Assembly (NCBI RefSeq): GCF_902652985.1
Contig: NC_047030.1
Location: 10,540,001 to 10,604,000, forward strand
Source of the DNA: Pecten maximus
Taxonomy: Eukaryota
Direction: 5' to 3'
DNA: 64,000 bases
Below, in pieces: positions 1-14,530 of this stretch. Every line of letters starts with the position of its first letter. Position 1 is the stretch's first letter. Made by a program: the position numbers and the translations under genes. The notes under the pieces are model-generated. The model saw only the letters and a list, made by a program, of their open reading frames with translations, was not told where the DNA came from and searched no databases.

Positions 1-1859
1 AAAGGTTTGTTGTTTCATAAATAATGCGTTAAAATGCATTTGTAAACACGTATTACGAGTTTATAATAAATTAAATGAATAACTCGTGCTCCTCATACTC
101 TCTCCCTATACATCAGGGGTCGCTGTCGTGTTAGATCGTGGTATTGTTTTATCAAGTCATTGTTTCCTCTACAAGCGTGTATAAGGTACGATTGTTCTTA
201 GGTTCGTAGAGATTAAATACATCCATTGTAAACTAGTTTTTTTATGATGTTCCATTCAGTGGATATTTTCCTGATTACACGGGGTTTCGACAGTCAATCA
301 AATAAGTCCATGGAACATGTCACGTGCGAAATGATGCTTGCAATTACCATATCTTATTATGTCTTGGTCCCGTCGGCGTTTGGTGATCATTCGCCGACAT
401 AGCAAGATGTGAGCAAGGTCAAAGTAATCAATAAAATGAAATCTAATATGGATGACTCAGTGATTTAAAAAAAAAAAACATCCTTTTAAAAAATAACAAT
501 TACACGGCTTCCGCTCCTATAATGGTGCGCCATTAGCTGAAAGTGTGTGCAATTTAGAATTAGCAAAAACTTAACGATAACTTTAATTACACCAAAGTCA
601 CTTTCTACTTCCAATCTCAAACTTTTACATCCGAAACAGTTCTTTAGCAAATTCTTAGAAAATGCAAATTTCTTTTAAGTGAAAATAAAAAAGGTTGGTT
701 TTTGACCGTTAACTTGCCAGTGACGCTGTTTTGTTTCAATTAAGTTCATAATAAATTCAGACAATGGTGCTGATATCAATAATATTAAAACATGAACTTC
801 TCGAAGTATACACCTCGTGTACACTAGTGATTGAGTTTCTCGGCGACATTTTCTTTAAACTTTTGGCCACAAGATCTTTCAATAAACTACTGCCAAATCT
901 ATTGGAACTAATGTGGCCTGCTCTTGACCTACGTGTCTTTTTTTTCATGAAAGACTGAATTTACCTAAGAGCTCTAAAACTGATAATTAATCTAACATTA
1001 GCTAGACTGACAATAACTGATAACATAAACTTCATATTTCAATAAGTCCGTAAAGCTCATATGGTATAACCGCTTACCAATCACGAATCGCAACGCTGCT
1101 TTTTTTTTTTATATTTTGTTATTTTTCTTAATACCATCTATTTTTTTCTTGGTGGTCTTTGAAAGACATTTTCAACATTAAAAACGTATTTTATAATTAT
1201 TCAGCTTCAAGATACAACTGTTGAGATAATACATGTTCACTTGGATAAAGAAAAAAAAGCAAATTAAAATGTCGACTGCCATTGTCGACAAGAGGCATAC
1301 ATGGATGGGTAATGTACAATTCCTTTTTAATGTAAATTTTTCTTCTTTTTTTTTATTCGGTACTTATTGACTCCATAATCCGTTCACAACAAACAGCGCG
1401 TAAATGGACCATGGTAATCTATTATGGTACTGTGGGAATCATCTGTATTTTAAGCACAGTCTATTGTTGAACGTGGCTTAGGTCAGGATAAGCGGGAAAA
1501 GACATACTTCTTTCGGATTTAACGATTGATTTCCAATTGCCCAGTGGGATTCGTTATCAACATGTTTTATTACATTGATGACGTGTTTTAGATAGCAGGT
1601 AAAACACTTTGACAATGTAGATCATATAAATCAAACACTTACCGTCTTATATGTAAAGGCCTAACTCATGGACAAACGTCCTTTTGTAAGATACCCCTCT
1701 TTTTGCAGCGACCAGACCCAGACTTCCGAAATCAAGATAGCGTCTCTTACCATTCAGCAAACTTGCCTCATACGTTAATGTTCACCCAACTCAGGTTTCT
1801 CTACATTTACCGATATACATATCAGCGACGTACATAAGCTATCTTTTGACAGACGTTCA

Positions 1860-2382
1860 TCCCTATGCATTTCATCCCTATGCAGTTCCGCTACATTTAG
1901 GCTATCATGCGACATGCTTCCCTCCTACTCTAGTTCCACTTTATATGTTAACTACATTGACACAACCTTTCCACATACCCTAGTTCCGCTAAACATTTTA
2001 ACTACCTTGTCACAATTTACCATTACTCCATTCCAGCTATACATTTTAACTACATTGTCACAATTTACCATTACTCCATTCCAGCTATACATTGTAACTA
2101 CCTTGTCACAACCATTCCCCTGCTCTAGGTCCTCTATACATTTTAACTACCTTGCCACACAATATCCCCCTACTCTATTCCAGCTATACATCTCAGCTAA
2201 CTTGCCACATGCTTCCCTCCTACTCTATTTTCCGCTATACATTTTAATTACCTTGCCACATAATTTCCCCTACTCAATTTTCCGCTCTACATTTTAATTA
2301 CCTTGCCACATAATTTTCCCTACTCGATTTTCCGCTATACATTTTAATTACCTTGCCAAATATTTGTATCCCTACTCTAGTT
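1860..2382. repeat. 48-50-bp minisatellite
   Basis: Recurring TTCCGCTATACATTTTAACTACCTTGCCACA core, about 10 copies. Confidence 0.9.
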
Positions 2383-5300
2383 CTTGTGTTCTTGGTATCA
2401 TAGACGGCAATACAAAATATAAAGTTTACAGAAGGCACAACATTAAAACCAAATTGATCCCTGAAAATGTTCTGTCAAACTTCATTATGCTTTACTTGGA
2501 GATTATGAACAGGTAATTATGTTACTAAAGTACAAACAAGCGATATATCTTTTTTCATTAACTGTAGTAAAGTGTTAAGTATTCCCTTGGCTCCTCCAAA
2601 ACACAATGAGCGGAGTCAAACTGCTGATAAATAGCTTACTACACACGGTCACTGCACTCATTTCAAAGGATTCTTTATTGAATTAATATAACACGCAGGG
2701 AATTTGAGATATATTATTAGTACGAAATGCGAACGCTGATGCTATCGGATATGAAATTGTGGATATTCTCGCATATCTTTCTTCATATATATTTTTCTTC
2801 AGTTAAGTAAAGTAAATATGATGAAAGTAATATGACACAACCAATGTGATATTTGAAAATATCATAGTTGTTGTTTGTATAACTTCTATCATACTCAAAT
2901 ATCTTGAAAACTATATATGAATTGTATGACCAATGAACTAAGTTTTTCTAGTGCTTTGAAAATATGATATTTATTTCGATTACATTTTTGCAATCTGTTA
3001 AACGTATTCTGAAGCTTTAAATATGCGATAACCATTTTCATTTAGATGCAGGTTTGCTTCACGAGACGTATAATTATAAGCAGTATATCAATTCAAATAT
3101 TTATTACTATACACATGATCATTTCGAAGAATAAACACAAATAAGCTTACCTGACGATCTTATTAGCTCAAGCTCAGTGCAGAACTGAAACAGTTAAGTT
3201 CAAAGAAAATAACATACAATGATTGGAGTTAGTATTAAATAGTGTGTATAGCGTCCGGTCATCAACTCCTGTCTAGCTCAATAAGACTTGATCATTGCCT
3301 GCCACAATAGACTTGGGGCCATCGAAAACAGATATACTCCGTATTGGTTTATCTACCCTTGGATCTTCACAAGCAGACTCTGGACCCATTAAAATGTCCA
3401 ACCTCAACTTTCCGATAAGACCAAGGTCATTTCATTTTACGCGATACGTGGCGAAACTATTGATTTTAAACAGAACTTATTTTCTCTACAATTTCCTCGC
3501 CCAAATGATGTCTAATCAACTTAGATGCCTCATCGCACATGTTCCAGTGTAAACAGGAGGGGTTTCTGAAACACTGATCACAATAACGACTTTTTTATTT
3601 ACTTGTCCATTCAGCGGTTACTGATCAGGATTCTAAACAAGATCATGACCACGACTTGTCCTTGAGTAAAAAAGGACACAGACTAGTGCAGAAAAGTGAT
3701 ACTAAGATATATTAGTATATTCTTTGAAGGTGCGACAGGTCGATCTCACCAGGAAACGTTCCTGGTATTTGGAAGCTTAAGACTGTTATACTGATTGTTA
3801 AGATCCTCCTGTCTGATTTAGGAAGGGGTGATTGATTCTATTCCCCCCCCCCCCCCCCCCTCAAGACAATATTTAGGTGTCGTGATTGACATTTCGACAT
3901 GCCGTCATTGTATTAATGTCATGACGTCATTGAATGGTTGCCTTGACGTCATAAAATTGTTGCAACGAGCACGTATAGCTTGTATCTAAGGTAGGTGATG
4001 ATAAAAAAGCTCACGACGCTACAATTTTGGATATCGCTATCCAGGGTAAAATTAAATCTAATTCTGGTTTAAGTTCTCCCTCGAAACCAGTAAGATGGCT
4101 CTGGGATGTATCAGGATTCATCCATTCCCCTTTGTGGAGTATTGTTATTTTGATGATGCTAGTAGCCAAAAGTGTCAAAATCTCTTTGTGGAATTACACC
4201 TAGGAAAACCAGAAGGATATGACAACATGTTAAAGGGGTCACGAAAAGTCTTGTTAACCTTTTTCTTGACCCCCAAGTCATTGTTGTCGGTTGGGTTTTT
4301 GACAGAAAAACTGTATTAATGCTATTTATTCATTTATACAAACACAATTCGTATGCAATTTGGTGTTACGTTTCAATATTTAAGGTTCGCATGTAAACCT
4401 CGTCAAGAATTGTTTTGATTTCTGATAGGAAACAGTATATTGTTAATTTAATAGCTTGTTATATTGATATCCACTACATCGAAATGCAAACATAACTGCA
4501 TCGAATAGTTCCTATGCGTCAACAGGCGAACCTGTTTTGTAAGAATGTTGCAATAGTGGCTACAGTTACAATGGATTCTTTGTGTGTTACGTCATTGTTA
4601 CTTTCAATTAATATAATTCTTTAACATGAAGTGTCTGTCTAACGGTTGCAGCGACGTCGAAGCCGAATACAGAGGAAGTCATATGCCATTTAGTGTTGAG
4701 ATGTTGAAAACCATCGAACTATTCCCACACCTACGGGATTGTTTCATTAAGTGTGACCTTTTTGAAACATAGTGTGTACTCTTAGCAACGTGGGTGCTGA
4801 ACTTTACGTAGGCGATTCATTGAAATGGTAATTCTGAAATAGGAAAGAGTTTAAAAGCGGACGACGATTGCAAAGCACAATGAATGTTTCCAAAATTGGA
4901 CACCAATTATCATCTAAGTAACTGACGAGTTGAAAGTCGCAATGCGATTAATAGCTACTAAAATAATGCTCAAATGCCTAGGATCGAAAACATTGTCTCT
5001 TTATCTAGGCCACTTGAGCACAGTTCCAACAATGATGCGGTATATTCGATACTGACTTGACATCCAGGATCGAAGAAAACAGCAAGGACATCTGCTTCTA
5101 CATCTAGACCAGCCACACTTTTCCGGCATTGATGGGTGTATTCGACAGAAACCGAAACACATGCACTTCATGGAGCAATGTGTATAAACATCTATTCAGA
5201 TGACCTACCGACTAGCACCACATGCCACGGGATTTTAGCACGTACAGAGATCTGGACTGGCCTAGAACCAAGCTAGCGCAGAGGCAGCGTTGACCAGCAG

Positions 5301-6592
5301 CAACAATTAAATAAGGACATATGTCTATTTCACAAGTATAGGGAGATATGATGACCATCACACCAATCGAAATCAGCATCACAACGCGATGACAGCTATG
5401 CAGATGTGATGTGCCTATTGATCTTTCTCGACAATGACACTTATAAAGAACGCGCGTGTTATTCAGAGCAGGTAATGAAAAGTCATCAGCCCATGCGAGG
5501 ATTTCCCAATGACAAAACGACCTTGATGGAGAGTGTGAGCCCTGAAAACAATCCCTGGAGGCTTCAGAGGCGCAAACATCGTATTGCTAAAGAGCTATGC
5601 CAGTCGAATTCTAGACATGATTAACTTGTATGGATCTGCATATGGTGCGAATGTTGTACATAATTGACTTTTTGAACCTGATGAAGATTGTCAAAACTGA
5701 CACTACGACCGACAATCAGACACGGAAAGACGAAAATGCCATTTATTACTCAAACTACTTTCTGAGTATCGCTTTCACAATGCTTCAACCTATATGTTAG
5801 TAATAACAATATCAGAAATTAACTTTTAATTTGAACTAAAATAGAAAGAAAATTATAAAATATGAAAATAATATGTTGACCATCGTTAAAGCGAGGGGCT
5901 CCGGAATGTTCTTAGAGACATCATGATCATAAGAGGGTATTATAATACTTGCTGAATTCCCACGTGCTGTACTCAATGAGTTTTCCTGTAATCTGACTTT
6001 GTATTCCATATTGGTCTTGATTATATAGGTGCTATTTTGCAAACTGAACATAATCCGTTTAAAATATTTATAATTTCCCTGGCTTGCTAAGCGCATCTCA
6101 CACTAGACACGCAGTAGGCAACGGCTTTTTATCGTACGCAAGACAATCGCAGACAACCAACAAAATAGCTCATATTCCTCACCAACCTACACCTCCTTAA
6201 GTAGTTGACATTTATTACGAACAAGTATATGATTATACATTCTTCTCATTATTGGAATATTGAGCAACCCTTTATTTTGACAAAATATTTCTCCGTTAGT
6301 TCTTCTGAATAAATGTCTCAAATAATCACCTTTCGTTAGTCAAAATACGCTTGGTGCTCTGGTAGGAATACAATTCAATTATCAGTACACGATTAATATT
6401 CTTCATAAAATATTGAGTATAGCAATTTTTACAACAAAGCTATATATTTTAAACGTCTCGTGTTTTACATGTTACTTTTACGTAACCATTGTTGTGTCTT
6501 GAATACTATCAAAAACGAAATGTCACATTTGCACACGGTACCGATACGCTACATTGTACTGAAAACAAAAGAGAACCTCCTCTTTTCCGCAG

Positions 6593-6860
6593 GATCCAGA
6601 AAGAGGGATGCCGATTTTCTAGACATTGGTTAGTACTGATGTCTCATTAACATTCAGCTGGAAGAACTTGGCTAAGACATTGCAAATATCGATAATATTT
6701 TTTTACATTTCAAAACAACACAGTATGTCAGAAAACATACAGAGGCTGTGGTTGGAATACTGAATTTACGCAAATAAGCTGATTGAATATCTTCATGAAA
6801 ACAACCATTTTTAGGCCAAAAAGGAAATCTAAACTATTCTCCTTAATGTACAAAGTTGAG
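6593..6860 (+). pseudogene. Possible decayed death-domain exon
   Basis: Good acceptor (CTCTTTTCCGCAG), then with stops and frameshifts SWKNLAKTLQIS..., SMSENIQRLWLEY, ANKLIEYLHENNHF, which resembles death-domain helices. Confidence 0.35.
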
Positions 6861-9190
6861 TGTGTTTCTTAAATCCGACATGACATCAATGTGATGTAAT
6901 TCAGCTGCATAGATATTGTAAGCTTCAATGGAGACTTAATAGCTGCTATGTAGATGACTGTAATACATATTTGGAATACCTGGATAGAAGGGATCTACAT
7001 CGGATTACTTTAAAACGACGTACGTCAGATTTTATCACGACAGACTATTATGGCCAAGACGGCAGTTATAAGATAGGAAGATTTACTGCGCCGCCGTGGT
7101 GGAAATTAATAGGAAAACGTTTTATTCTGGACAGTCTATCCATCATGCTTCGACGCTCTGTTTATAAGCATTTTTTAAATAATGCTTTAAATAAAAATCA
7201 ATACAGCATTTATTATACCGATAACGCACTTGTCAGAAGCCTGGAAGATGCATGTCATCTCCATCATAACCACGCATGTGTAATGAAAGGGGGATCTTGT
7301 CACATACGAGATACATTGTACAAACAAAAACACGCAATTATAACAAAATGTTTTAAAAGTTGAGCTGATGGATTCATGCAATAAATGTTCAGGCTTCTCC
7401 GTTTTGAATCGGACTGTCTTCACACCGAAGACTCATGATCATGAAGTTCTCCAATCCAGATACTACCCTATCATGTAAAATCCATCTCCTTACATCGCCT
7501 GACCACAACCATAGCAGTGAATGGAGTTGTTAAAGATTTTACAGCACTAACAGCATACATAAACATACTGTTCGTCACAACAAATGCATTAATGATAACA
7601 CCCACATTATAGAAATGTAGCTAATTAACACCAACAAATGAAAGCAACATAATCATGATCACTTATTCAAGCAATAGTTTATAAAGACCAAAGTCACGGA
7701 CATAATATTTAGGCGAAGCTCTTGTTTCCAGCATCCTATTTTTATTTTCATCATTATTTATCAGGAATATACACGAAATGTAACACCTTTAAAGCAGTAG
7801 CCAACTAAGCAACCAAAATTCCATCATATGCTCTAACCATATATGGCTTTGTAAACAGGACGTAATTAGATCAAACCAAACCATATAGAAGTACTATATA
7901 AAGCGTTAACTTAAGAAAATCAACTACTGTACTTACTCCAATGGATGACCTTGATATAACATTATCTGTTACTGAAAGGAAAACAAACGCCAATCAATGA
8001 GGAATCAAATGCGAGATTAGGATTAAGGTATTTTTAAATACCAAGTGGCAAATGGCAAAAGGCAACAGGATTTCTACGTAGACCTCACACAGCAATGACT
8101 TGGGAGAAAGCGTTACTAAATGCAACCAATATCCCGCCAACGTCATTGCAGATAGTCCATCAACGTCATTACAGATATCCCAACGTCATGGCAGAAGGTA
8201 CATCAAAATAAGTAGCAAACCTAATGACATTTGCGAGGAATACTCGATGCAAAAGAGAAAGTCTTTTAAAATACTACTAATGCGATATAAATGTACTAAT
8301 CTAGACGGTATAAAAATCACGAGAGTTGGAAATTGCAGCCAGAAGTCATTGTTATATCCAATTACAGTATTTTGATAAGGTTAATACAATTATTCAGTTA
8401 TATCATTTTTTTTGGTCGATATAACCAAGTATCAACCAATATCAAAATGCTACAATTGCTTTATTATTTTTCTTGATTCTTTTCTTTTTTTAACTTTTTT
8501 TTTTAAATCTTCATTGAAAATTATAAAAAAGAAAATCCAAACAATAATAAAATTAACTTTCTTGTCACTGTTATGTAAACATGTAAAATCGAGACATTTC
8601 TGTTAAGAATAATTTAACAACTATCATATCAGAGGTGTAAGCATATCACTGTTCACGCATGGAGCTTTATTGAATTTCTTTAGAAAATTTTCCGGCGTCA
8701 TATATTCCCTTAGTATTTCCATTGCTGTCATTGTGACTCTGTTAGCAAAGGCGGAATCCGAGCTATCTAATGTGGATTAAATTCACTCTCCATTGCGCGA
8801 GGGGAATCGCGATGTTTTCAGCTGTTTGTTGACATCTGCTTCCACTATTTTGCCAAAAGATCGTCGCTTCATAACTTTGTCTTCAGAGCGCTTGACTCTC
8901 ATGAATTTGATGAACCACTTCAGCTTCAAAGTGATATATGGCGGGGATACCCCTTGGGATCTATTTATAACCGAGCAATATACTTTTTATAACCATTTTT
9001 GCCTCTTTCTTACTTTTTACAGACGTCATCGTGACACAGTTCTGACCAATCAGTGAGCACGAAAAACACGCCAACATGAACTAATAAGGCACCAAAACAA
9101 AGGCAAGACTTTTTCATTCATAAAACCGGAAGTGATAACGATGGGTACATCTGACCAGCTACATCGTAAATAGTAGGAATGACCAACCGT

Positions 9191-9886
9191 TGTAGTAGGA
9201 ATGACCTCTCAGTCTTTACAGACTTTTACCCAGGTTCTAGTCTGGGGTTCCATGTGTAACAGTAATAATTAACAACAAAGATATTAAGTTTCAACAGTTT
9301 TATTTAACATGTAGAACATTAAACATACAGCCAGGCCCTTACCAGGCCGTCGCTGGGGATAACACGGACAGATATATACAAACGGGTTCAGCTACCTGGC
9401 TCGGCCCGAATGACGACACAAATGTACGAGACAAGAACGAAACATATTTAAGACATTTACATAGCCATCCACCTGCAAACACGTACACCTTACTGCTAAC
9501 AGTGACGCCGAGACGGACTCAGCAACAGCTAACTGTCCGTCTGACGAAAACCCGTGCGCTACCGTATTATAGTAAATAAGGTAGCCAATCTCCGATACCC
9601 TACTGGTCAACCAATCAACGAGCCGCTCTCATACATACGAATTATAAACAACATGGACGACACGAGTGACAGACGACAAGTCCCAGCGACGGCAATACAC
9701 ACATATTATAAACACAGAGCTAGAACAAGGTATATTAATAATAATCATCATCCATACACAGATACATCCCTTCCATTCATGATTACATTCGGTCATTCAC
9801 ACACAGACTCGATCATCGGTAGCTCGTACAACTGACACAACATTCCATAGGCCATATACACACATGTAAAATACCCAACTTCCACA
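9191..9886 (-). mobile_element. Probable solo LTR
   Basis: TGTGG...CTACA termini on the minus strand, AATAAA about 110 bp before the end, LTR-like composition; no clean TSD. Confidence 0.5.
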
Positions 9887-9990
9887 ATATCACACTGCCT
9901 GAAGCCGGTTCAATTATTGAAATAGTTTATCTGGATATCACTTAATTACAAAGGCTTTTTGTGTCATCTGTTTTGAACAAAACACATATA

Positions 9991-11530
9991 TACTGAAACG
10001 AAAAAGAAACGCAACTTCAAATTGTAGGTTTAATAAAATAATACTTGTGAGCATTATGTTTAAATTTCATATGTAATAGTTAATATTGAATATTGATGTA
10101 ACATCCTTTAAATGTTTAGAGATTTTTAAGAACAGGTCACTTTGCTAGAAGGTCATGATTGGTAGTACCCTACGTGAATCCAAGTTGAAATGGCAGCAAT
10201 TTTGAAACCGTGCCCTAATATCGTGTGTGTCCTCCTCGAACAGTTATCACATCTCTAATTCTTTGTTGCATTGAGTTCATCAGGGCATTGACTTTCCGTA
10301 TTGGAATGTTATTCCATTCTTGGACGAGTGCATTTGCTAACTGAGGGGGGGTATTTGGGGGGTTACGGCGATTTCGAATTCTTCTGTCTAATTCATCCCA
10401 CAAATGCTCGATTGGGGACAGGTCGGGGCTATATGGAGGCCAATCTATAGGAACAATGTTCTGTGTCGCAAGAAAGTCTCTACAGACTCTTGCAACGTGT
10501 GGTCTCGCGTTATCTTGCTGAAAGGTTAGATGATGCTGCCTAACAAACGGCACAACATGGGGCCTAAGGATCTCATCCCGATAGCGTACGGCCGTTAAAT
10601 TCCCATTGACTATCACCAAAGGCGTCTTCAAACCATGGGAGATTCCCGCCCAAACCATAACTGATCCACCCCCAAATCGGTCGTGTTCCAAAACACAGGC
10701 GTCAGCAAAACGTTCGCCTCGACGCCGGTACACACGTTGACGGCCATCTGCTCGAAATAACGTGAATCGAGATTCATCGGTGAAGAGCATAGACCTCCAA
10801 CGTCTCATAGGAAAACGTCTGGGCATATGTGCCGTTGCCCATTGCATACGACGTGCTCGACGTTGCGGTGTTAGTGGTAAACCAACGTACTGTCGCCTTG
10901 CACGCAAATTAGCCTCACGCAGTCTGTTGATCACTGTTTGGGGATGAATTCGACGGTTATGATTACCAATCGTATTCCTTGCCGTTTCAGCGGCCGTTAA
11001 TCTCCTGTTACGCAGGTGTGCCAACCTAAGAACCCGGTCTTGACGTCGCGACGTTACGCGTGGACGTCCTGATCTCGGCTGGTCATCGACTCTTCCTGTT
11101 GCGTTAAGACGTGAAACTAATCGACTAATAGTCGATTTGTGAACTCTGAATTGTCGAGCGACGTGAAGTTGCGTGTTCCCTGCCAGAAGCATCGCTATAG
11201 CACGTCCTCTATCAACCTTTGATAACCGTGGCATAATTGTAAAAGGAATTATTGTTTGCAAAAGTATTGGCGATGATGTGGCTCAATGTTAGTGATGAAT
11301 TGATACTGGTTTGAATGAAAAAAGAACGCATATGTTTGTACAGGCACGGTTTTTGATGTTTTTACCGCGCCGGAAGTGCATAGGTCTCTAGTCACACTTG
11401 GGTGATTTTGAAGATTGGTATGGGTGTTAGGCAGGGTGCATGTTTATTTCCGCGATTTTTATACAGATATGTATATTTAATACAAAATTAATCACAATTT
11501 TCCATGTTGCGTTTCTTTTTCGTTTCAGTA
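9991..11530 (-). mobile_element. Tc1/mariner (Tc1, DD34E) DNA transposon, full length
   Basis: Perfect 25-bp TIRs TACTGAAACGAAAAAGAAACGCAAC (9991-10015 and 11506-11530), TA on both flanks (9989-90, 11531-32), single transposase ORF inside. Confidence 0.97.
10215..11234 (-). CDS. Tc1-family transposase (339 aa from ATG MPRLS)
   Basis: N-terminal HTH region with SGRPR motif; catalytic FTDESRF, QQDNARPH and SPDLSPIEHLW; 34 residues between the second D and E; no stops. Confidence 0.96.
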   Translation of the reverse strand: MPRLSKVDRGRAIAMLLAGNTQLHVARQFRVHKSTISRLVSRLNATGRVDDQPRSGRPRVTSRRQDRVLRLAHLRNRRLTAAETARNTIGNHNRRIHPQTVINRLREANLRARRQYVGLPLTPQRRARRMQWATAHMPRRFPMRRWRSMLFTDESRFTLFRADGRQRVYRRRGERFADACVLEHDRFGGGSVMVWAGISHGLKTPLVIVNGNLTAVRYRDEILRPHVVPFVRQHHLTFQQDNARPHVARVCRDFLATQNIVPIDWPPYSPDLSPIEHLWDELDRRIRNRRNPPNTPPQLANALVQEWNNIPIRKVNALMNSMQQRIRDVITVRGGHTRY

Positions 11531-12259
11531 TATTATTCTTACAAATGAGTCAAACTATTGTTTACCCAAGATAAAGATACAGGTTGTGTGAAGAAGGATA
11601 ATAATGTACAACCGAAAAAGATATTACCCAAGGTTTTGTTGTACTGTATTGTATGGTTTTGTATCATCAATCACACTCTCAAATTATTTCGGGAATTGGA
11701 GAACAAACCAAATGCAGGCAATACATTTTAAAATGATATGAATAGACTGACAATAACCTGACGCAAGTAGCATGCCGAAGGACAAAACAAAGAAATTAAA
11801 CAAACGATTACCGAAGTATATCCCCCAAAATAAAATTCATTGGAAAATGCACTTTCTTAACATGAATATCAAATGTTAGTCAATTCAAATTTGATTGATC
11901 ATATAGACTATTTGGAACCGAAGGTTTATGTGTTGTAAACACCAATAGAAACACGCGGTTGCGTTTGACAGGCATGAAAATAGATCTATATCATCGAGCA
12001 TATGTTCTAAAGATGGCACTGCGGCATAGACAGATGATTGGCTGTCGATATCTGTCTCTATGAAATATTTAAAAGTACAATAGTTAATTATAGTATAGTG
12101 CAGCTATATGTTAGAATCTATTGATCGTCTTTGTGGGTAGTGAAGAAAACATCATGGGTGACGCTGTTCTGGAAAGCAGCTTCTGGAGGGAACTAATTAA
12201 TCCTGTAATTAATACTCAATTATTCATCGGTTATGTATATCTCAAACACAGAATATTTC

Positions 12260-13932
12260 AGACACAAGGACATTTTTGACACACAAGGGCAATGTTTGAC
12301 AGAAAAAACAAAAAGTGACACACCAGGACACTATGTGACACATAAGGACAGTATGTGAGACACACAAGGACAAAGTGTGACACACAATAATAGTGTGTGA
12401 CACACAAGGACAGTATGTGACACAAAAGGACAGTTTGTGATACACAAGGATAGTGTGTGACGCCAAAGGATAGTGTGTGACACACAAGGACAGTATGTGA
12501 CAATCAAGGACAGTATCTGACACTCAAGGACAGTATGTGACAATCAAGGACAGTATCTGACACTCAAGGACAGTATGTGTCAATCAAGGATAGTATGTGA
12601 CACACAAGGATAATACGTTATACACAAGGAAAATATGTTACACACAAGGATAGTGTGTGACACACAGGGACAGTATGTGACACGCAAGGACGGCATGTGA
12701 CACACAAGGAAAATATGTGATACACAAGGATATTGTGTGGCACCAAAAGATAGTGTGTGACACACAGGGACAGTTTGTAACACACAAGGATAGTGTGTGA
12801 CACACAGGGACAGTATGTGACACACAAGGACGGCATGTGACACACAAGGACGGCATGTGACACACAGAGACAGTATGTGACACGCAAGGGCAGTGTATGA
12901 CACACGATGACAGTATGTGACACACAAGGACTGTATGTGACACACAAGGATAGCGTGTGACACACAGGGACAGTATGTGACACACAAGGACTGTATGTGA
13001 CACACAAGGATAGCGTGTGACACACAGGGACAGTATGTGACACACAAGGGCTGTACGTGACACACAAGGATAGTGTGTGACAGACTGGGAGAGTATGTGA
13101 CACGCAAGGACAGTATGTGACACGCAAGGACAGTATGTGACACACAAGGACTGTATGTGACACACAAGGACAGTATGTGACACACAAGGGCAGTATGTGA
13201 CAAACAAGGATAGTGTGTGACACACAGGGATAGTGTGTGACACACAGGGACAGTATGTGACACGCAATGACGGCATGTGACACACAAGGACGGCATGTGA
13301 CATTTAAGGACAGTATGGACACACAAGGGCAGTGTATGACACACGATGACAGTATGTGACACACACAAGGACAATGTGTGACACACAAGGACGGCATGTG
13401 ACACACGATGACAGTATGAGACACACAAGGACTGTATGTGACACACAAGGACAGTGTATGACACACGATGACAGTATGTGACACACACAAGGACAATGTG
13501 TGACACACACAAGGACGGCATGTGACACACAAGGACAGTATGTGACACACAGGGACAGTATGTGACACACAAGGACAGTATGTGACAACCAAGGACAGTA
13601 TGTGACAACCAAGGACAGCATGTGACACACAAGGACTGTATGTGACACGCAAGGATAGTATGTGACAACCAAGGACAGTATGTGACACACAAGGACAGTA
13701 TGTGTCACACAGGGACAGTATGTGTCACACAAGGACAGTATGTGTCACACAGGGACAGTATGTGACACACAAGGACAACATGTGACACACAAGGACAATA
13801 TGTGATACACAAGGACAGTATGTGATACACAAGGGAATTGTTTCACACACAAGGGCAGTATATGACACACAAGGACAGAATGTGACACACAATGACAGAA
13901 TGTGATACGCACACAATGACAAAATGTGATAC
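12260..13932. repeat. 20-bp minisatellite, about 80 copies
   Basis: Unit GTGACACACAAGGACAGTAT; source of the Cys/His/Val-rich ORFs. Confidence 0.98.
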
Positions 13933-13964
13933 ATCTGAAGCAGACACCTACATGCTCCGTGTTA

Positions 13965-14530
13965 ATTTCGAAACACACTCGCACCCTGTCGTGCACCTGT
14001 CTTACAATGTTGTCGACACACTCATCCTCTATCAAATATTGTCGACACACACTCACTCCTGTCACACAATGTCGACCCACATTCATTTCCTGTCATACAC
14101 TATCGGCGGTACGCACGATCACTCCCTGTCTCATATTGTCGTCGACACACATTCGCTCCCTGTCACACATTGTCGTCGACACACTCTCGCTTCCTGTCCC
14201 ATAATGTCGTCGACACACGCACAGACATGTCACACATTGCCATTGACACACACTTCTCAAAATATTGTCGACACACACTCACTTCCTGGCAAATATTGTC
14301 GTCGACACACACTCTCCCCGGGTCTTAAATTGTCATCGAATAACACTCACCCGGTCTCACATTGTCGGTGCCAGACACTCATCCTTGTCACACATTGTCG
14401 TCGAATGTCACTCGCCTCCTTTCGAAGAGATGTTAAAACTCACTTAACCATGTCAAAACCTGTCATCGACACACACATTCACTCCTTGTCTCATAATGTC
14501 TTATAATGTCGTCGACTGTCAGTCCCTGTT
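13965..14530. repeat. Degenerate ~34-bp minisatellite
   Basis: Recurring TGTCGTCGACACACACTCACTCCCTGTCACACAT-like unit. Confidence 0.8.

Noticed and set aside
6971-9056. Short ORFs of 60-130 aa
   Set aside because: No recognisable motifs or consistent exon structure.
12242-14506. Long Cys/His-rich ORFs resembling metallothionein or zinc-finger proteins
   Set aside because: Open in all three minus frames because the 20-bp repeat lacks stops; no splice or start context.
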